This document shows, piece by piece, positions 1 through 11,915 of a DNA stretch of 64,000 bases (the first letter of the stretch is position 1; every line of letters begins with the position of its first letter). The DNA is from Tubiluchus corallicola (Eukaryota; Animalia; Priapulida). The position numbers and the translations under genes are program-made. The notes beneath the pieces were generated by a model, which searched no databases, was not told the DNA's origin, and saw nothing but the letters and a program-made list of their open reading frames with translations. The stretch covers positions 62,001 through 126,000 of the forward strand of contig JAQGDQ010000262.1 in NCBI GenBank assembly GCA_030141605.1. The letters run 5' to 3'.

Positions 1-327
1 TAACCACGTGTATATCTCTATGTATAAAAATATAGAATCAATTGTGCGGAGTTATTTGAGTCAATTGCAGACAGTTTTTATATACTTTTGCATAGGAGCT
101 GCCAGTACTTGAGACAATTAGGTATCATGTATCCTTGATAGTTGGGTATTTTAAATTATGCATGAAACAGGGTAACTGATATTTTAAGTCCACTTAGAGG
201 CTCTCTATGGTCACAAATTGCTGGTTCCAAGGGGGTTTCGTCCCTTTGAACCCCATCGGGGGCCTAGGCGGCCCCAAAACCCCCGGCCTGTTTCAGAGTT
301 TTTTGCAATTTGTCATTCTCATCCCTG
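1..327 (+). mobile_element. hAT-like MITE family B, partial copy (right end)
   Basis: Near-identical to parts of 12155-12677 and 29896-30340; ends ATTCTCATCCCTG. Confidence 0.8.
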
Positions 328-521
328 GGTACTGAGAAAAGTCGAACAGCATTTCATCAAATTTGAATTTGACGGACACCTAGTGACATCTATCACTTTT
401 GTGTGATGTAACGTTCAAACTCGTTGTTTGTTTTCGTTTATCAAGAAAAAAATTTGTGTACAAAAATATAGCAACCGTGGACAATAACATTGCTTCAATA
501 TCTAAATTCTTAGCTGGTACA

Positions 522-1164
522 ATATATGAGCTTGCATACCAAAATCGTCCATAAGTTGGCAATTAAGCTTCTCTAGCTATTCACAATTCACTTTTTATGA
601 GGATCATTTTGGTACCAAGCTCATTGCTCTGTGTTATTTCTAAGCTGAGGTAATCCACGTTGAAGGTAAGGTGCACACTGCACACTGAAAGACTTAACCT
701 TGAGAAAATTGTTGTTAAAGTTAGCCATTGTTTTTTTTCTGTAAACCACACAAATACTGGTTGCTACCGACTTTGCAAGAACACATTGAAGTTACGTTTG
801 CATCCAGTAGATGGCTCTTCCAGTGATGAAGATAAGGGCTTGGCAACAGGAAAAACCCGAAGCAAAATGATTGCTTCCACGAGCTACCATCGGAGTTTGA
901 AAATACAAGTTTTTTACAATTGCAGTACTAATTTCTAGCCAGAAAAGTGGATATGGGGTTATAAAATTAGATTTTTAGTTTTTTTTGAACGTTTTCTTGA
1001 CAATTTGATGCTAGAATATAAAAGTCCAATATATTTAGTGTTTGTTTTTTCTAAAAAAAATTGACATTCAACCAAATTTTTGGTGCACTCTACTTTGAAG
1101 CATCATAAAGTAGTTTTAATGCAGTGCCGTCTTATGGATGGTTTTGATTTGCAAGCACACATAT
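522..1164 (+). mobile_element. MITE family C
   Basis: Imperfect TIR ATATGxGCTTGCAxACCAAAAxCGTCCATAAG; inverted homologues at 34375 and 51772. Confidence 0.75.
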
Positions 1165-1331
1165 AACTTTTTCATGTTCTCACATTTGATTTGTGCATGT
1201 TAGTTACATTTGTTAGCTGATTTTGTTTGGTTTTCTTCTGTATTAAGTATTAACCACTCACATTTTAGTAACTTACTTGATTTGCATCTTTTTTCTCTAT
1301 GTTCTTCTCTCTCTGTACTTTGCTGTTCTAG

Positions 1332-1451
1332 GATGTAAAACGTCATGTGGAAAGGTCTGCTTCTTCTAATTGTAGATGTTCAAATTGTATGTCAACTCGT
1401 CACTTTACTTTGCACAGTATGAAGACTTGTAGTAGTGTGAGAACTGTCCAG
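1332..1451 (+). CDS. candidate additional upstream VIRMA exon (DVKRHVER...VRTVQ)
   Basis: Long pyrimidine tract ending TTCTAG at 1331, 120 nt stop-free, CAG|GTATTA donor; phase 0/0 fits exon w1. No recognisable conserved motif. Confidence 0.4.
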
Positions 1452-1465
1452 GTATTAATATAGAT

Positions 1466-1963
1466 CAGGGGTGTGCAAATTATCTGACTAGCCGGGCCAC
1501 ATTAAACTTTCCCGCAATTCCTGCTGGCCACATGCAGTTTGATCAAGGAGCCAAGTACAGAAAGGCCTAATAACGATTTTTTTGCATCCGACCTGCGTAC
1601 ATCATCACTACTACACTCAAGAAACTTTTAGAAGTTATTAAAATTTCTATTACAAACCATATATTTCTACTTTCAGGACAGATAGTGGTAATTTCATTAC
1701 AATGCATATTAGTAATGTGTATCACACAGTCTGTGTAGTACAGTGACATTAAGCTACAACCGTCTTGTAAGGGTTAATGGCATCCGATCTAGTAGAAAAA
1801 ACTACCCGCACTATCTTTGGGATCGTGGCACGGACTTCAGCTGGATACACTCAATTAATCGCCCGGGCCGCACTTTCATTAGGTTGACAAATCTCTTCGC
1901 GGGCCGCACAAATTCTCTCGGCGGGCCGCAAGTGGCCCGTGGGCCGCAATTTGCACACCCCTG
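1466..1963 (+). mobile_element. hAT (Buster/Charlie-like) MITE family A
   Basis: TIR CAGGGGTGTGCAAAT; 8-bp TSD ATATAGAT/ATATAGAG. Confidence 0.9.
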
Positions 1964-2508
1964 ATATAGAGACAAGCACGTGCATGTTTTGCAGCTTTAT
2001 TCGCTTTTGCTTGCGGATTCTGTTCGTTCTGCAAATTGCTTACAGCTTCCATTAGCCTCAGTTGCTTGCACGATGTGCAATGTTGATAGTTTTTGCATTT
2101 TAAGCATTCGTAGGTGGCTATTTAACTAGTAGCAGTAGGGGTGCATTTTTGAATTTTAAAGTTTGGTTTGTGACCCTTAAATGTCGTCAAACGTGCCGTC
2201 AGTATTGACAAATTAGAATTTTTTTCCTATCATTGTGTTGTATATTATATTTCAGAAAACTATAAAATATTAACGATGTCATGTCAATACGTTGAGCCAA
2301 CATTTAATACTGTATGGTACTGCTGTATTAAATTTTAAAACTGCAAAATGATTAAAGAATTTTGTTACAATGGATATTTTTATTAAGAAAAGTAATACCG
2401 TATTCAGTGAATAGACTCGCATTAGAAGTAGATCAGACATTTTTGTTGAGTATATTTGGTCTCGCAAAAGGATTGCCAATAAATGAGCTAAATTTTTTAT
2501 TATTCCAG

Positions 2509-3845
2509 TTAATGTCCAAAAACTTGGCTTCTTCTAACCCTGAAGACCTGGCATGGTCTGCAGCAGCCATTCATCGTCAGCAACAGCATCCTGTACAGGC
2601 AGCTGAGCCGGCGCAGTGGGACACCCAGCCTATACACACAGATTGGCACACGTATCCAAAACCCGTGCCTGCCCCTCAGACCGGACCCACAGACCACTGG
2701 GAAAAGCAGGTAAAACCCGGGCCTGCGAATTCCGGAGCCGGAGATCCACACAGACTGGACCATGTCGACAGAACTGGCGATCTACATAGTATGGACGAGA
2801 AAGATTCTAGAGACAGTTTTGATAATTCGAAAAGGTATTTCTGGAGTGGCAGAGAGAGCAGGGATAGGGAAAACGAGGTGGGAACATTACGAGAGCGATC
2901 TAGAGACAGAGACACAAAATCAGAACGATCAAGGGAAAAACATGGAGACCGCGACGTAAAACCCAGCCGTTATAGGGAACGTGAACGCCTTCGTGAACGG
3001 GAGAAGTCACGTGACCGTAGTCGCTCCTGGGAAAGGGAGCGATCCCGAGATAGGGAAAGTGAAAAGGGATACGATGGGGAACGATCGCGTGATGAACGAT
3101 TCAGGGATTCGGCGCGACCTGCGGAAATTGAAAAGAACAGGGATCTTGAACATTATAGGGAAACTGAGCGTGAGCAATCTCGTGAGATGGACAGACACAG
3201 GCCAAAAGAACACTCCCGTGAACGAGAACGGCCAAGAGACAGAGACAGAACTCCGGAAGCAGATGGGCACTTTGAAAGAAACCGTGATTTTGAGAAGTTC
3301 AGAGATTCCGACAAAGGACGTGACGTGGATATTGTTAGTAGGCATCGGCAAGGACATCGTGATGCAGAAAGAAGTAAGGATGTTGAGAAACTGCGTGAAG
3401 TGGACAGCGGTAAGTACGTCAGAGAGGTGGAGCGCACTCGAGATCCGGAACACTTGAGGGAACTTGAACGAGCGCGCGAGTTTGAGGCAAGAGTTTTGAA
3501 GGATAAAGGCAAAGATCGCGACCAGCGAAGAGAAGCTAGAAGGGATTATCCGGAGAAAAAGCGAGATCATTTGGAACACCGGGAGAGGGATTACCGCGAC
3601 TATAAAGAATCTCCGAAAAGAGATAGCGACACCGACAAGAGCAAGTACTCTCGCGAACCGAGTAAAGAGCGAAGCAGCAAGCGGTCAAGATCTCGTGAAT
3701 CTAGCATGGACTCGGCAAACAAGCGGCCACCAGTTCGCGAAAGAGATGCTGAGACAGAGAGAAGCACGGAAAGAGGTCGGGAGCGAGATGCTTCCAGAGC
3801 CCGAGATAGCAGGGATCGGGATAACAAAGAAAGAGATCGGGAAAA
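2509..3845 (+). CDS. VIRMA: VIRMA exon w1, long Arg/Glu/Asp/Ser-rich low-complexity exon
   Basis: TTCCAG|TTA acceptor; AA|GTATGA donor (phase 2) joins in frame to w2 (AA+G=Lys). Confidence 0.8.
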
Positions 3846-4137
3846 GTATGAATGAAGTGCAAACATTTCAATTTTTTCTTGACATTGTGCTCGTTTTCTG
3901 ATTTTTTTATAGTAATATTTTTTTATTGGTGTTAACCGTAATATTAATGCATGACAGCAATGTTTATATTAGTACGCATTGTTAGAATTGTTGGCATTTA
4001 CCAAATTGTTTTGACATATTGTTCCTCTAACAAATTATTTAGCAATTCATATCATCTGCTTGCTTCATGTTGCTTTGGACAAACATGAACTGTCAACAAC
4101 AATAACATTTATATTGTTATATAAAGAAAATAAGATT

Positions 4138-4445
4138 TTTGTCAAGTAATTGATGTAGGTCTTGTAGTAGCAAAATCAAGATTGTTTTTTGTGTTGGTGG
4201 TTTGTGTGTGTTGTGTTTTTTGTGTTGATAGGTCTTGTAATAGCAAAATCAAGATTGTTTTTTTGTGTTGTTGTACTTATTTATGTCAAGCAATTGACGT
4301 AGGTCTTGTAGTAGCAAAATCAAGATTGTACTTATTTATGTCAAGCAATTGACATAGGTCTTGTAATAGCAAAATCAAGATTGTACTTATTTATGTCAAG
4401 TAATTGATATAGGTCTTGTAATAGCAAAATCAAGATTGTACTTAT
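4138..4445. repeat. about 55-bp tandem repeat, about 5 copies
   Basis: Unit ...GTCAAGCAATTGACGTAGGTCTTGTAGTAGCAAAATCAAGATTGTACTTAT. Confidence 0.8.
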
Positions 4446-4526
4446 CATATATCAAGCTATTGTGGCACTTTATACACTGCAGCAGTACACTTAAACTTGT
4501 AATCTCATTCGATATCAATGTTACAG

Positions 4527-4716
4527 GTCAGCTGACAGCGGATTGGACCAACACAAGAAGCTGATGCAGGAAGAAAGACCCAGGAGACGACCGTCTATAT
4601 CGCCGCCGCGGAAACGATTACGGGGTAACCAGGGCAAACAGGAGGCGTTTGAAGAACTGTCGCCGGACAGTGAACACGAGAAGATGCATTCTGATGCAGA
4701 TCTTGGTGATCAGGAG
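4527..4716 (+). CDS. VIRMA: VIRMA exon w2
   Basis: TTACAG|G ... GAG|GTGAGC; SADSGLDQ...FEELSPDSE...DLGDQE. Confidence 0.85.
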
Positions 4717-4884
4717 GTGAGCTATTAGTTTTTATGCCTTGTCTGCATTTTTTGAGCTAATTCTGCGTAGTACGTGAATGAGTTTTGATGTGCAACTAAG
4801 AAAATTTGATATTAACTGCGTAAGTCATAAAAAATATTAGTAATGATAATAAGTTTCTTTGATGAAGACAAATGACATAATGAC

Positions 4885-5090
<206 letters not shown>

Positions 5091-5615
5091 CCTGAATTAC
5101 ATATACATATGTGTATATGTGCATGTGTTTACATACATACAAATTCACATAGTACATTGCAATAAAATATATATAATGTAGTACAATACAATACAATGCA
5201 TTGTGTATGTACATATATATATATATATGTGTATATGTGTATGTGTTTACATACATGCAAATTCACATAGTACAATACAAAAATCAACACAATATAGTAA
5301 GACAACAAACCTAAATGATTGGCTTAGCATCATCACACAATAACATTTTACATAAGAACAATACATTTAAAATTGGTCTGCATTGCTTTATTATTGGTGC
5401 AGCAGCATTGTTATTGGCCTGAATTGTGTCCCCGTTTAAAGCAGTGTGATGACGGCATTTATGGTTTTCTAAAATTAAATATTTATTTGAAATTCTATTG
5501 ACATCTACATAACAGAGAACTGTAATAATTATAATAACAAGTAATAATTATAATAACTTATAATTCACTTCTCTGGTCGGTAATTAGCACACACCTTTCC
5601 GGTAGTTTTTGCTTC

Positions 5616-6257
5616 ATACATGCATGTAGTACTTAACTAAAATAAAAGGAAAACAATACATGCGTGTAGTACTTAACTAAAATAAAAGGAAAACAATACA
5701 TGCATGTAGTACTTAACTAAAATAAAAGGAAAACAATACATGTATGTAGTACTTAACTAACATAAAAGGAAAACAATACATGCATGTAGTACTTAACTAA
5801 AATAAAAGGAAAACAATACATGCATGTAGTACTTAACTAAAATAAAAGGAAAACTATACATGCATGTAGTACTTAACTAAAATAAAAGGAAAACAATACA
5901 TGCATGTAGTACTTAACTAAAATAAAAGGAAAACAATACATGCATGTAGTACTTAACTAAAATAAAAGGAAAACTATACATGCATGTAGTACTTAACTAA
6001 AATAAAAGGAAAACTATACATGCATGTAGTACTTAACTAAAATAAAAGGAAAACTATACATGCATGTAGTACTTAACTAAAATAAAAGGAAAACAATACA
6101 TGCATGTAGTACTTAACTAAAATAAAAGGAAAACAATACATGCATGTAGTACTTCACTAAAATAAAAGGAAAACAATACATGCATGTAGTACTTAACTAA
6201 AATAAAAGGAAAACAATACATGCATGTAGTACTTAACTAAAATAAAAGGAAAACAAA
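5616..6257. repeat. 40-bp minisatellite, about 16 copies
   Basis: Unit ATACATGCATGTAGTACTTAACTAAAATAAAAGGAAAACA. Confidence 0.95.
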
Positions 6258-6462
6258 CATTAACAGAGAATGAGAATGTTGTTGGGACTACGTTTTTTGC
6301 TTTTTGCTATGCTGGGAATAGTATAGAAACATTAATTACTAATTTTCCATTCCTGTATAAAACTTTAAAATTTCTGAAATTGGAAAGTATACATTTAAAT
6401 TATCCATCTATACTTACTGACTATTTATTATTACACCCCAGTAACTGCGTTGTTTGATCTGT

Positions 6463-6605
6463 AATTCAATTCAATTCAATTTATTTATCTCTTTATAGTG
6501 TTACAATAAAACATGATTAATAAAAGAATCTCTAATAAGTTTTGAAGAATGGTTAAAATGTATAGATAGATTTAGAACTAGAGAAAGGATAGCGAAAAGA
6601 CCAGT
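6463..6605 (-). mobile_element. LINE/SINE 3' tail fragment with (TTGAA)n end; second copy at about 21313-21530
   Basis: Near-identical segments at both loci with (AATTC)n followed by TTTATT on the + strand. Confidence 0.6.
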
Positions 6606-7038
6606 TATGTAGTTATATCTCGCAACTACTGCGTTACATGAAGATTTCACCAGTTCTGTAATGGTGAAATTAGATAACGGAGGACGATATGGCTAGACCA
6701 TCTGTGCAGCGAAGGCTTCGAATACCTTTGTTAGGCTACTATTTAAACATTTGCGTAAGCTTTGCAGTTTATAAGTTCATTCTTACCAGTGCTTAAAGAT
6801 GCATATCATAACGCTGTAGAAAATGTACTTACTTCACAAACTGATAAGCTTTTCACTGTTATCGCCAGTTCGATTTACCGCAGCGCAAGCTAAGTTAAAT
6901 TATTTTCGATTAATTTCACATCACTAGTTTGTACCGTATACTCACTGTATAAGGTAGTACCTTTTACTTACACAAGTGTACCTTATACCTGTGCAGATAA
7001 CTAAAATGCTTTTGTCAGGTTCTCTATTGCCTATAAAT

Positions 7039-7528
7039 CTTTTTCTTCTTCCCAGCTTTTCCCTATTTGGGGTCGCCGTTGTGAATGAGTCTTCTCCACG
7101 CATTCTTGTTGTTGACCATCTCTTCATTTATGTCTTCAATTCCCACAAGATCTTCACCGACTCTTCTTTTCAGGGGTCCATACCATCGCAATCTTGTGAG
7201 GCTTCCACTACTTTTACTGTTCCTCTGATATTATTATTTATAATTTTATCTCTTCTTGTTATTCCCACCATTCATCTCAACATCCTCATCTCCACCACAC
7301 CCATTTTCTTCTCTTCGGTCTTCTTTAGAGAAGCTGCTTCCAGTCCATAGATTAGAGCGGGTCTGACCACTTCTTTGTGGACTTTCCCTTTAAGTCTCAA
7401 CGACTCATTCATAGAATTTTTTGGCGCAGTTTTTACAGGCGGATGCCCTTCCTGACCCTAACCCTCCCTATTTATTCGGGCTTGGGACCGGCACTGAGTT
7501 GGGTTGACTTGCCCCCCCCCCAGTGGCT
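7039..7528 (-). mobile_element. internally deleted non-autonomous RTE-clade retroposon
   Basis: 22-bp TSD AGGTTCTCTATTGCCTATAAAT (7017-7038, 7529-7550); RTE-like 5' UTR (AGGAAGGGCATCCGCCTGTAAAA); ORF piece [19 protein letters not shown]...EMRMLRWM; GAA-rich 3' tail. Confidence 0.8.
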
Positions 7529-8044
7529 AGGTTCTCTATTGCCTATAAATACTCGTCATTTAAAGGGGATAAATTATTCAAGTTATCACCTTTGTTAAGT
7601 ATATTGCTTATACAATCGTCAGCCATTTTCTTTAAAATAAAAGGAATTTAGATTCTCGTTATTCTAAACTTGGCATTCTAGAACTTGAGCCTTTTTTTAA
7701 ACAACAATAGTCAGAACCTGCAAACTAGCGAGTTTGTTTTTCATGTTTAAATCACGAAGGAGAATCACTAAACTGCAGAAATGTAGGCTTTGCATTTTCT
7801 ACATGCAATAAAAAAATTTTCTTAATGTACACGGAAAACTGTAACAAAACATGAGTGAAAAAAGACTTGTTTTTGCAAAAAATGATATTTTTATGGCTGA
7901 AACATTTCAGGATATGTGATAATCACTCACTGTAATAATTAACTAAAATACTGTGTTTTCTGCCTTACGGCGAAGTGGCATCTTTGAAACGAAACATTGC
8001 TAAGTGGGGCTTCGTTAAGCGAGGACTTACTGTACTGGCTTCAT

Positions 8045-8560
8045 TACATCACAAGGCTGCTTAAATAAAGACACGTTCAGACTGGCAAGTTTTCTCTCGC
8101 AAGTGTGAACGCACTACATCGCAAGGCTGCTTAAATAAAGACGCTTTCAGACTAGCAAGTTTTCTCTCACAAGTTCTCTCTGAGAGTGAACTAACAAGTG
8201 TGAATGCAATACATCACAAGGCTGCTTAAATAAAGACGCGTTCAGACTAGCAAGTTCTCTCTGAGAGTAAACTCGCAAGTGTGAACGCAATACATCACAA
8301 GACTGCTTAAATAAAGGCGCGTTCAGACTAGAAAGTTCTCTCTGAGAGTAAACTCGCAAGTGTGAATGCAATACATCGCAAGGCTGCTTAAATAAAGTCG
8401 CGTTCAGACTAGCAAGTTTTCTCTGGCAAGTTCTCTCTGAGAGTAAACTCGCAAGTGTGAACGCAATACATCACAAGGCTGCTTAAATAAAGACGCGTTC
8501 AGACTAGCAAGTTTTCTCTCGCAAGTTCTCTCTGAGAGTACACTCGCAAGTGCGAACGCA
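8045..8560. repeat. irregular 60-90 bp tandem repeat, about 6-7 copies
   Basis: Recurring CATCACAAGGCTGCTTAAATAAAGACGCGTTCAGACTAGCAAG; Tigger-like ends CGTTAAGCGAGGACTTACTGTA lie nearby at about 8030 and 8965. Confidence 0.8.
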
Positions 8561-9066
8561 AGTTTTACTGAGTGTCAACTCGTAGTAACTCTCGGAGAGT
8601 TTGCAAAAGCTTGCCGACAGAGCTTGCAAAGCTGTTCACATTTGCCAATTTACTCTCAGATGTAGCAAACGCAGCATTTTGAGGAAGTGCTGTGTGGAAA
8701 AAAGAAAAAAATCCATCTAAGCAACAAATGTTAGATTTTTTTATGAACCATGCCTTATCGATTTTTCACTTGCAGCATAACTGAATGCTTTTACATAGCC
8801 AGAGTTCAATTATTTTTGTTCAGCTGCCTGCAATCGAATGCCTTTACATTGTTTCTTGTGGAAAGCACATTGTTTCTTATGGAAAGCACTGTTTCGTTTA
8901 GTGACATTTCGCCTAATGACGGGTTTTTTCTGAAATGCTTTATCATCGTTAAGCGAGGACTTACTGTATGTTTGGCAATGTGTTTTTCTTTCTTTTTGAC
9001 ACTGTCTCTATATGGCTGCCAATATTTTTAGGATGCTCTTGTATAAATGAATTTGATCTTTAATAG

Positions 9067-9231
9067 TTGAGAGATATAGTACCGGCATACGAGGAGATCC
9101 TTTCTGATGAAGATATGGGACCGATGGATGAAGCTGACATGCTGGATCTAGATGTCGATTACGACGACGACGAATGGAACTTTGGTCTCGAACCGTTTAA
9201 TCCATTCCAGTGTGAATTTTTGCCGCTACAG
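9067..9231 (+). CDS. VIRMA: VIRMA exon w3
   Basis: AATAG|TTG ... CAG|GTAAAC; acidic YEEILSDED...FNPF segment. Confidence 0.9.
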
Positions 9232-9430
9232 GTAAACACGGTATTAGTTTTTGTTGCAGAACATTTTAGCTTTGATTGTTTTACTTCCAAATTGGTTGGA
9301 CAATTTTGAAAAATAGGAAGTAAATATCTGTTGACTGATTACTGGACAAGGTAATCAAATCTGAGATTTTTAATCTGAAATCTTAAATACCATTAATTAC
9401 ACCTGCAGCCAAAAGTATTGATTTGTAATA

Positions 9431-9886
9431 TAGGTTTTACATGTCAAGTGTAGACCTGCGTTAACTCAAATGTAGACTTAGGTAGTTCGAATGTGTTAGC
9501 AATGGTTTTCAACAAATCTTAAGCGTTTTTGGTAAGTCAAATGTAGACACATGTCAAGTCAAATGTGGATAGGTGGTAAAGTTTAAGGATGTTAAATTTA
9601 ATTATATTGACGTCCATACAAATAGTTGCAAATTAATTAAATATAATAAAAATTGATGCTGCCGACAGCACCATGACCATAAAATGTAATTTTAATTTGG
9701 TTTTATCTTTTTGTAATTTGCACTTAAATGAGTTAATTACCGATTTATTCAAAGTACCGCATCTGCATTTGACTTACTTAAGTCACATTTGAGTTACCAA
9801 AACACATTCGAAATTCCTATGTCTACATTTGACTTACCTAAGTCACATTTGAACTTTCCTGTGTCTACATTTGACGTGTAAAACCT
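9431..9886. mobile_element. foldback-like MITE
   Basis: TAGGTTTTACAyGTCAArTGTAGAC ... GTCTACATTTGACGTGTAAAACCTA, with internal TCAAATGTAGAC subrepeats in mirrored orientation; TA flanks. Confidence 0.75.
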
Positions 9887-9927
9887 ATAATGTATACTTT
9901 ATATTGAGCACTTATTTTTGTTTACAG

Positions 9928-10064
9928 TATTTTACAGATCCGTCTCTATCAGCGTATGAAGCTGAAATGATTGGGCAGACGGAACTCTCTCCCACCATGA
10001 GCGAAGAGCTAGAAAAATTGAAAGAAATGACGGAAACCTTCAAAACTGAACCCCATACTGAACG
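9928..10064 (+). CDS. VIRMA: VIRMA exon w4
   Basis: TTACAG|TAT ... CG|GTAAAT; YFTDPSLSAYE. Confidence 0.9.
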
Positions 10065-10100
10065 GTAAATCAGCTGTTTTTGTTGGGCTAATGTTTGTAT

Positions 10101-10444
10101 TGTTACAGAGGCACCTGTGTCGGGTCAGGTGTAGGGCCCTCAACACGCCCTGCTTCCACGTCAGCATCGACTCATTCCTTTCTTGTAGGTTCAGACGTCT
10201 TGTTTGGGACATGGTGTGAGAAGCCAGCTGACCTGGAATGCCAGTATAAAAGCGTATAGAGGTCACTACAGCCTGGATTACTGACACAGGTGCTCCTCGG
10301 GTGTAGTGCTGTTACTGAGTTAGTTAGTTTTTTTTTTGTGCACGTGTATTTTGGTTCCTTATTTTTATTAGTGCTGTTAATAAACATGTACAGTGTAGTT
10401 TTTGTGTACTTTCTTTTATGAGAGTTAGATCACATGCTATAACA
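10101..10444 (+). mobile_element. solo LTR
   Basis: TGTTA...TAACA termini; TATAAAAG near 10245; AATAAA near 10379; flanks TGTAT/GGTAT (5-bp TSD, 1 mismatch). Confidence 0.7.
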
Positions 10445-11157
10445 GGTATAAGGTACTAGTTTACAGACATAGATTTAGTTAATTAGCATAACATTTGTAG
10501 TTTAAGTAATCAGTTACACAACGATAGTAAAGTGGATCTTCATGATGCGCAATATCAGGACCGCCATGCCATCTTGGAGTTCGAATTCAGTCCAGTATTA
10601 ATGGGCTCTCTTTTAATCATTTAGGTTTTTATAAGCATTCAATGGTTTTTAGGCATTAAATCAGTAAAATCAAAATCAAAATTAAAATAGCTTACTAAAT
10701 TGAGCTTCATGTAACAGCATTGGGTGCTTCTCACATGTTACGCTTAATATCTATTTGGTTAGAAGCCACCGGCTGGTGTCTGAAAACTGATAACACATCA
10801 TACAAGAAGTTAAAAAAGACAACATAAAAAGACACTTTATTATGAACAAAATCATGGCGAACAACACCCCAAGTGCTGACACCTATCAGCATCAAATACA
10901 GTTAACATGTTCTCTTTTGTATTTAAATGTTTATCTGTTTATTACAAGTGGGTATTATACATTATTGCATTAATTACAATTACAATTGATTAAAACCAAT
11001 CAAAAGTGTGTTTTCACCCTACACTGAGAATACAATGTATCATATATTGTCCATTGTTTGATATACGAAAATATTAGCATATTTATATGTGAATTAATTA
11101 GATATAAATATAAATACATATGCATATATCTATTTATATGTTAAATTTTGCTTACAG

Positions 11158-11237
11158 GTGGGTGGAAGCTATGGAGACGATTCCGTTTCTCTTGGTACCT
11201 GGATTCCTTGCAACCAGTCAAATCCAGACCCACCAAG
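11158..11237 (+). CDS. VIRMA: VIRMA exon w5
   Basis: TTACAG|G ... G|GTTGGT; RWVEAMETIPFLLVPGFL. Confidence 0.88.
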
Positions 11238-11303
11238 GTTGGTATTAGCGCCGAGTTTACCATTGGCTTCCTTTCTTTGTTAGTTTAATATTTCAATGTA
11301 TAT

Positions 11304-11305
<2 letters not shown>

Positions 11306-11341
<36 letters not shown>

Positions 11342-11596
11342 GTCTTTATTTAAAGTCGGCTTTTGGGTCAGCAATTAACATTAACTCAAAGAGCTATTAT
11401 TGCCGACTGTAAATAACAACCTACAACTACAAAACAGAGACTATTATTACCCCACTTTTACCCTAAATACCACGCGTCAGGCAGGGCAACAGCAGGTACC
11501 ATTTTTAAACTCTTTGGTATGACCTGGCCACTGGTTCGAACTCACGACCTCCCAGATGGAAAGCAGACGCATTACCACTAGACTAAACCGTCTGGT
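11306..11596 (-). mobile_element. tRNA-derived SINE
   Basis: Minus strand A box TAGTCTAGTGG, B box GTTCGAACC; body GGTCATACCAAAGAGTTTAAAAATGGTACC (resembles the Meta-SINE core as I recall it); (TTA)n tail; second copy at 44011. Confidence 0.85.
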
Positions 11597-11754
11597 CGTT
11601 TATGTTAACTAAGCGAATGTTAATTTCTACTTGCACATAGCAGAGCAGGCGATGCGTGTTAATAAGAACTTAAAATTGTTTTAGTTCTTAGAACCTGCAG
11701 AATCTGCACCTTGTCAAGATGGATTAACGAAGCAGTTTTTTGTGTTTTTCACAG

Positions 11755-11915
11755 ACATTTTGAACACGCTTATTGACTGGGTGTTCGAGGGACTGGATTT
11801 TGAGAAGGCCATTGCTCAGCCGTCACCTGTGTACAAAGTTCGACACATGAAAGCCGGGGTCAAAGCTGCCACTGCCTTCTGTCTTCTTGCTGAGCATGTG
11901 ACTGTGAGACTGCTG
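11755..11915 (+). CDS. VIRMA: VIRMA exon w6
   Basis: CACAG|AC ... CTG|GTATAC; LIDWVFEGLDFEKAIAQP...VRHMKAGVK. Confidence 0.9.

Noticed and set aside
1743-1964. duplicated small ORF MTLSYNRL... (also 13730)
   Set aside because: Lies within MITE family A; disrupted in other copies and has no transposase motifs.
3007-3579. antisense ORFs over the RE/RS exon and over the GPCRs
   Set aside because: Shadows of biased codon usage on the true coding strand.
2362-3855. 497-aa ORF as a stand-alone gene
   Set aside because: The first 49 codons are AT-rich intron before a clear acceptor, and a donor at 3846 splices in frame before the stop; it is a VIRMA exon.
11520-11596. tRNA gene
   Set aside because: A and B boxes are followed by a SINE body and (TTA)n tail with a diverged second copy; no intact cloverleaf.
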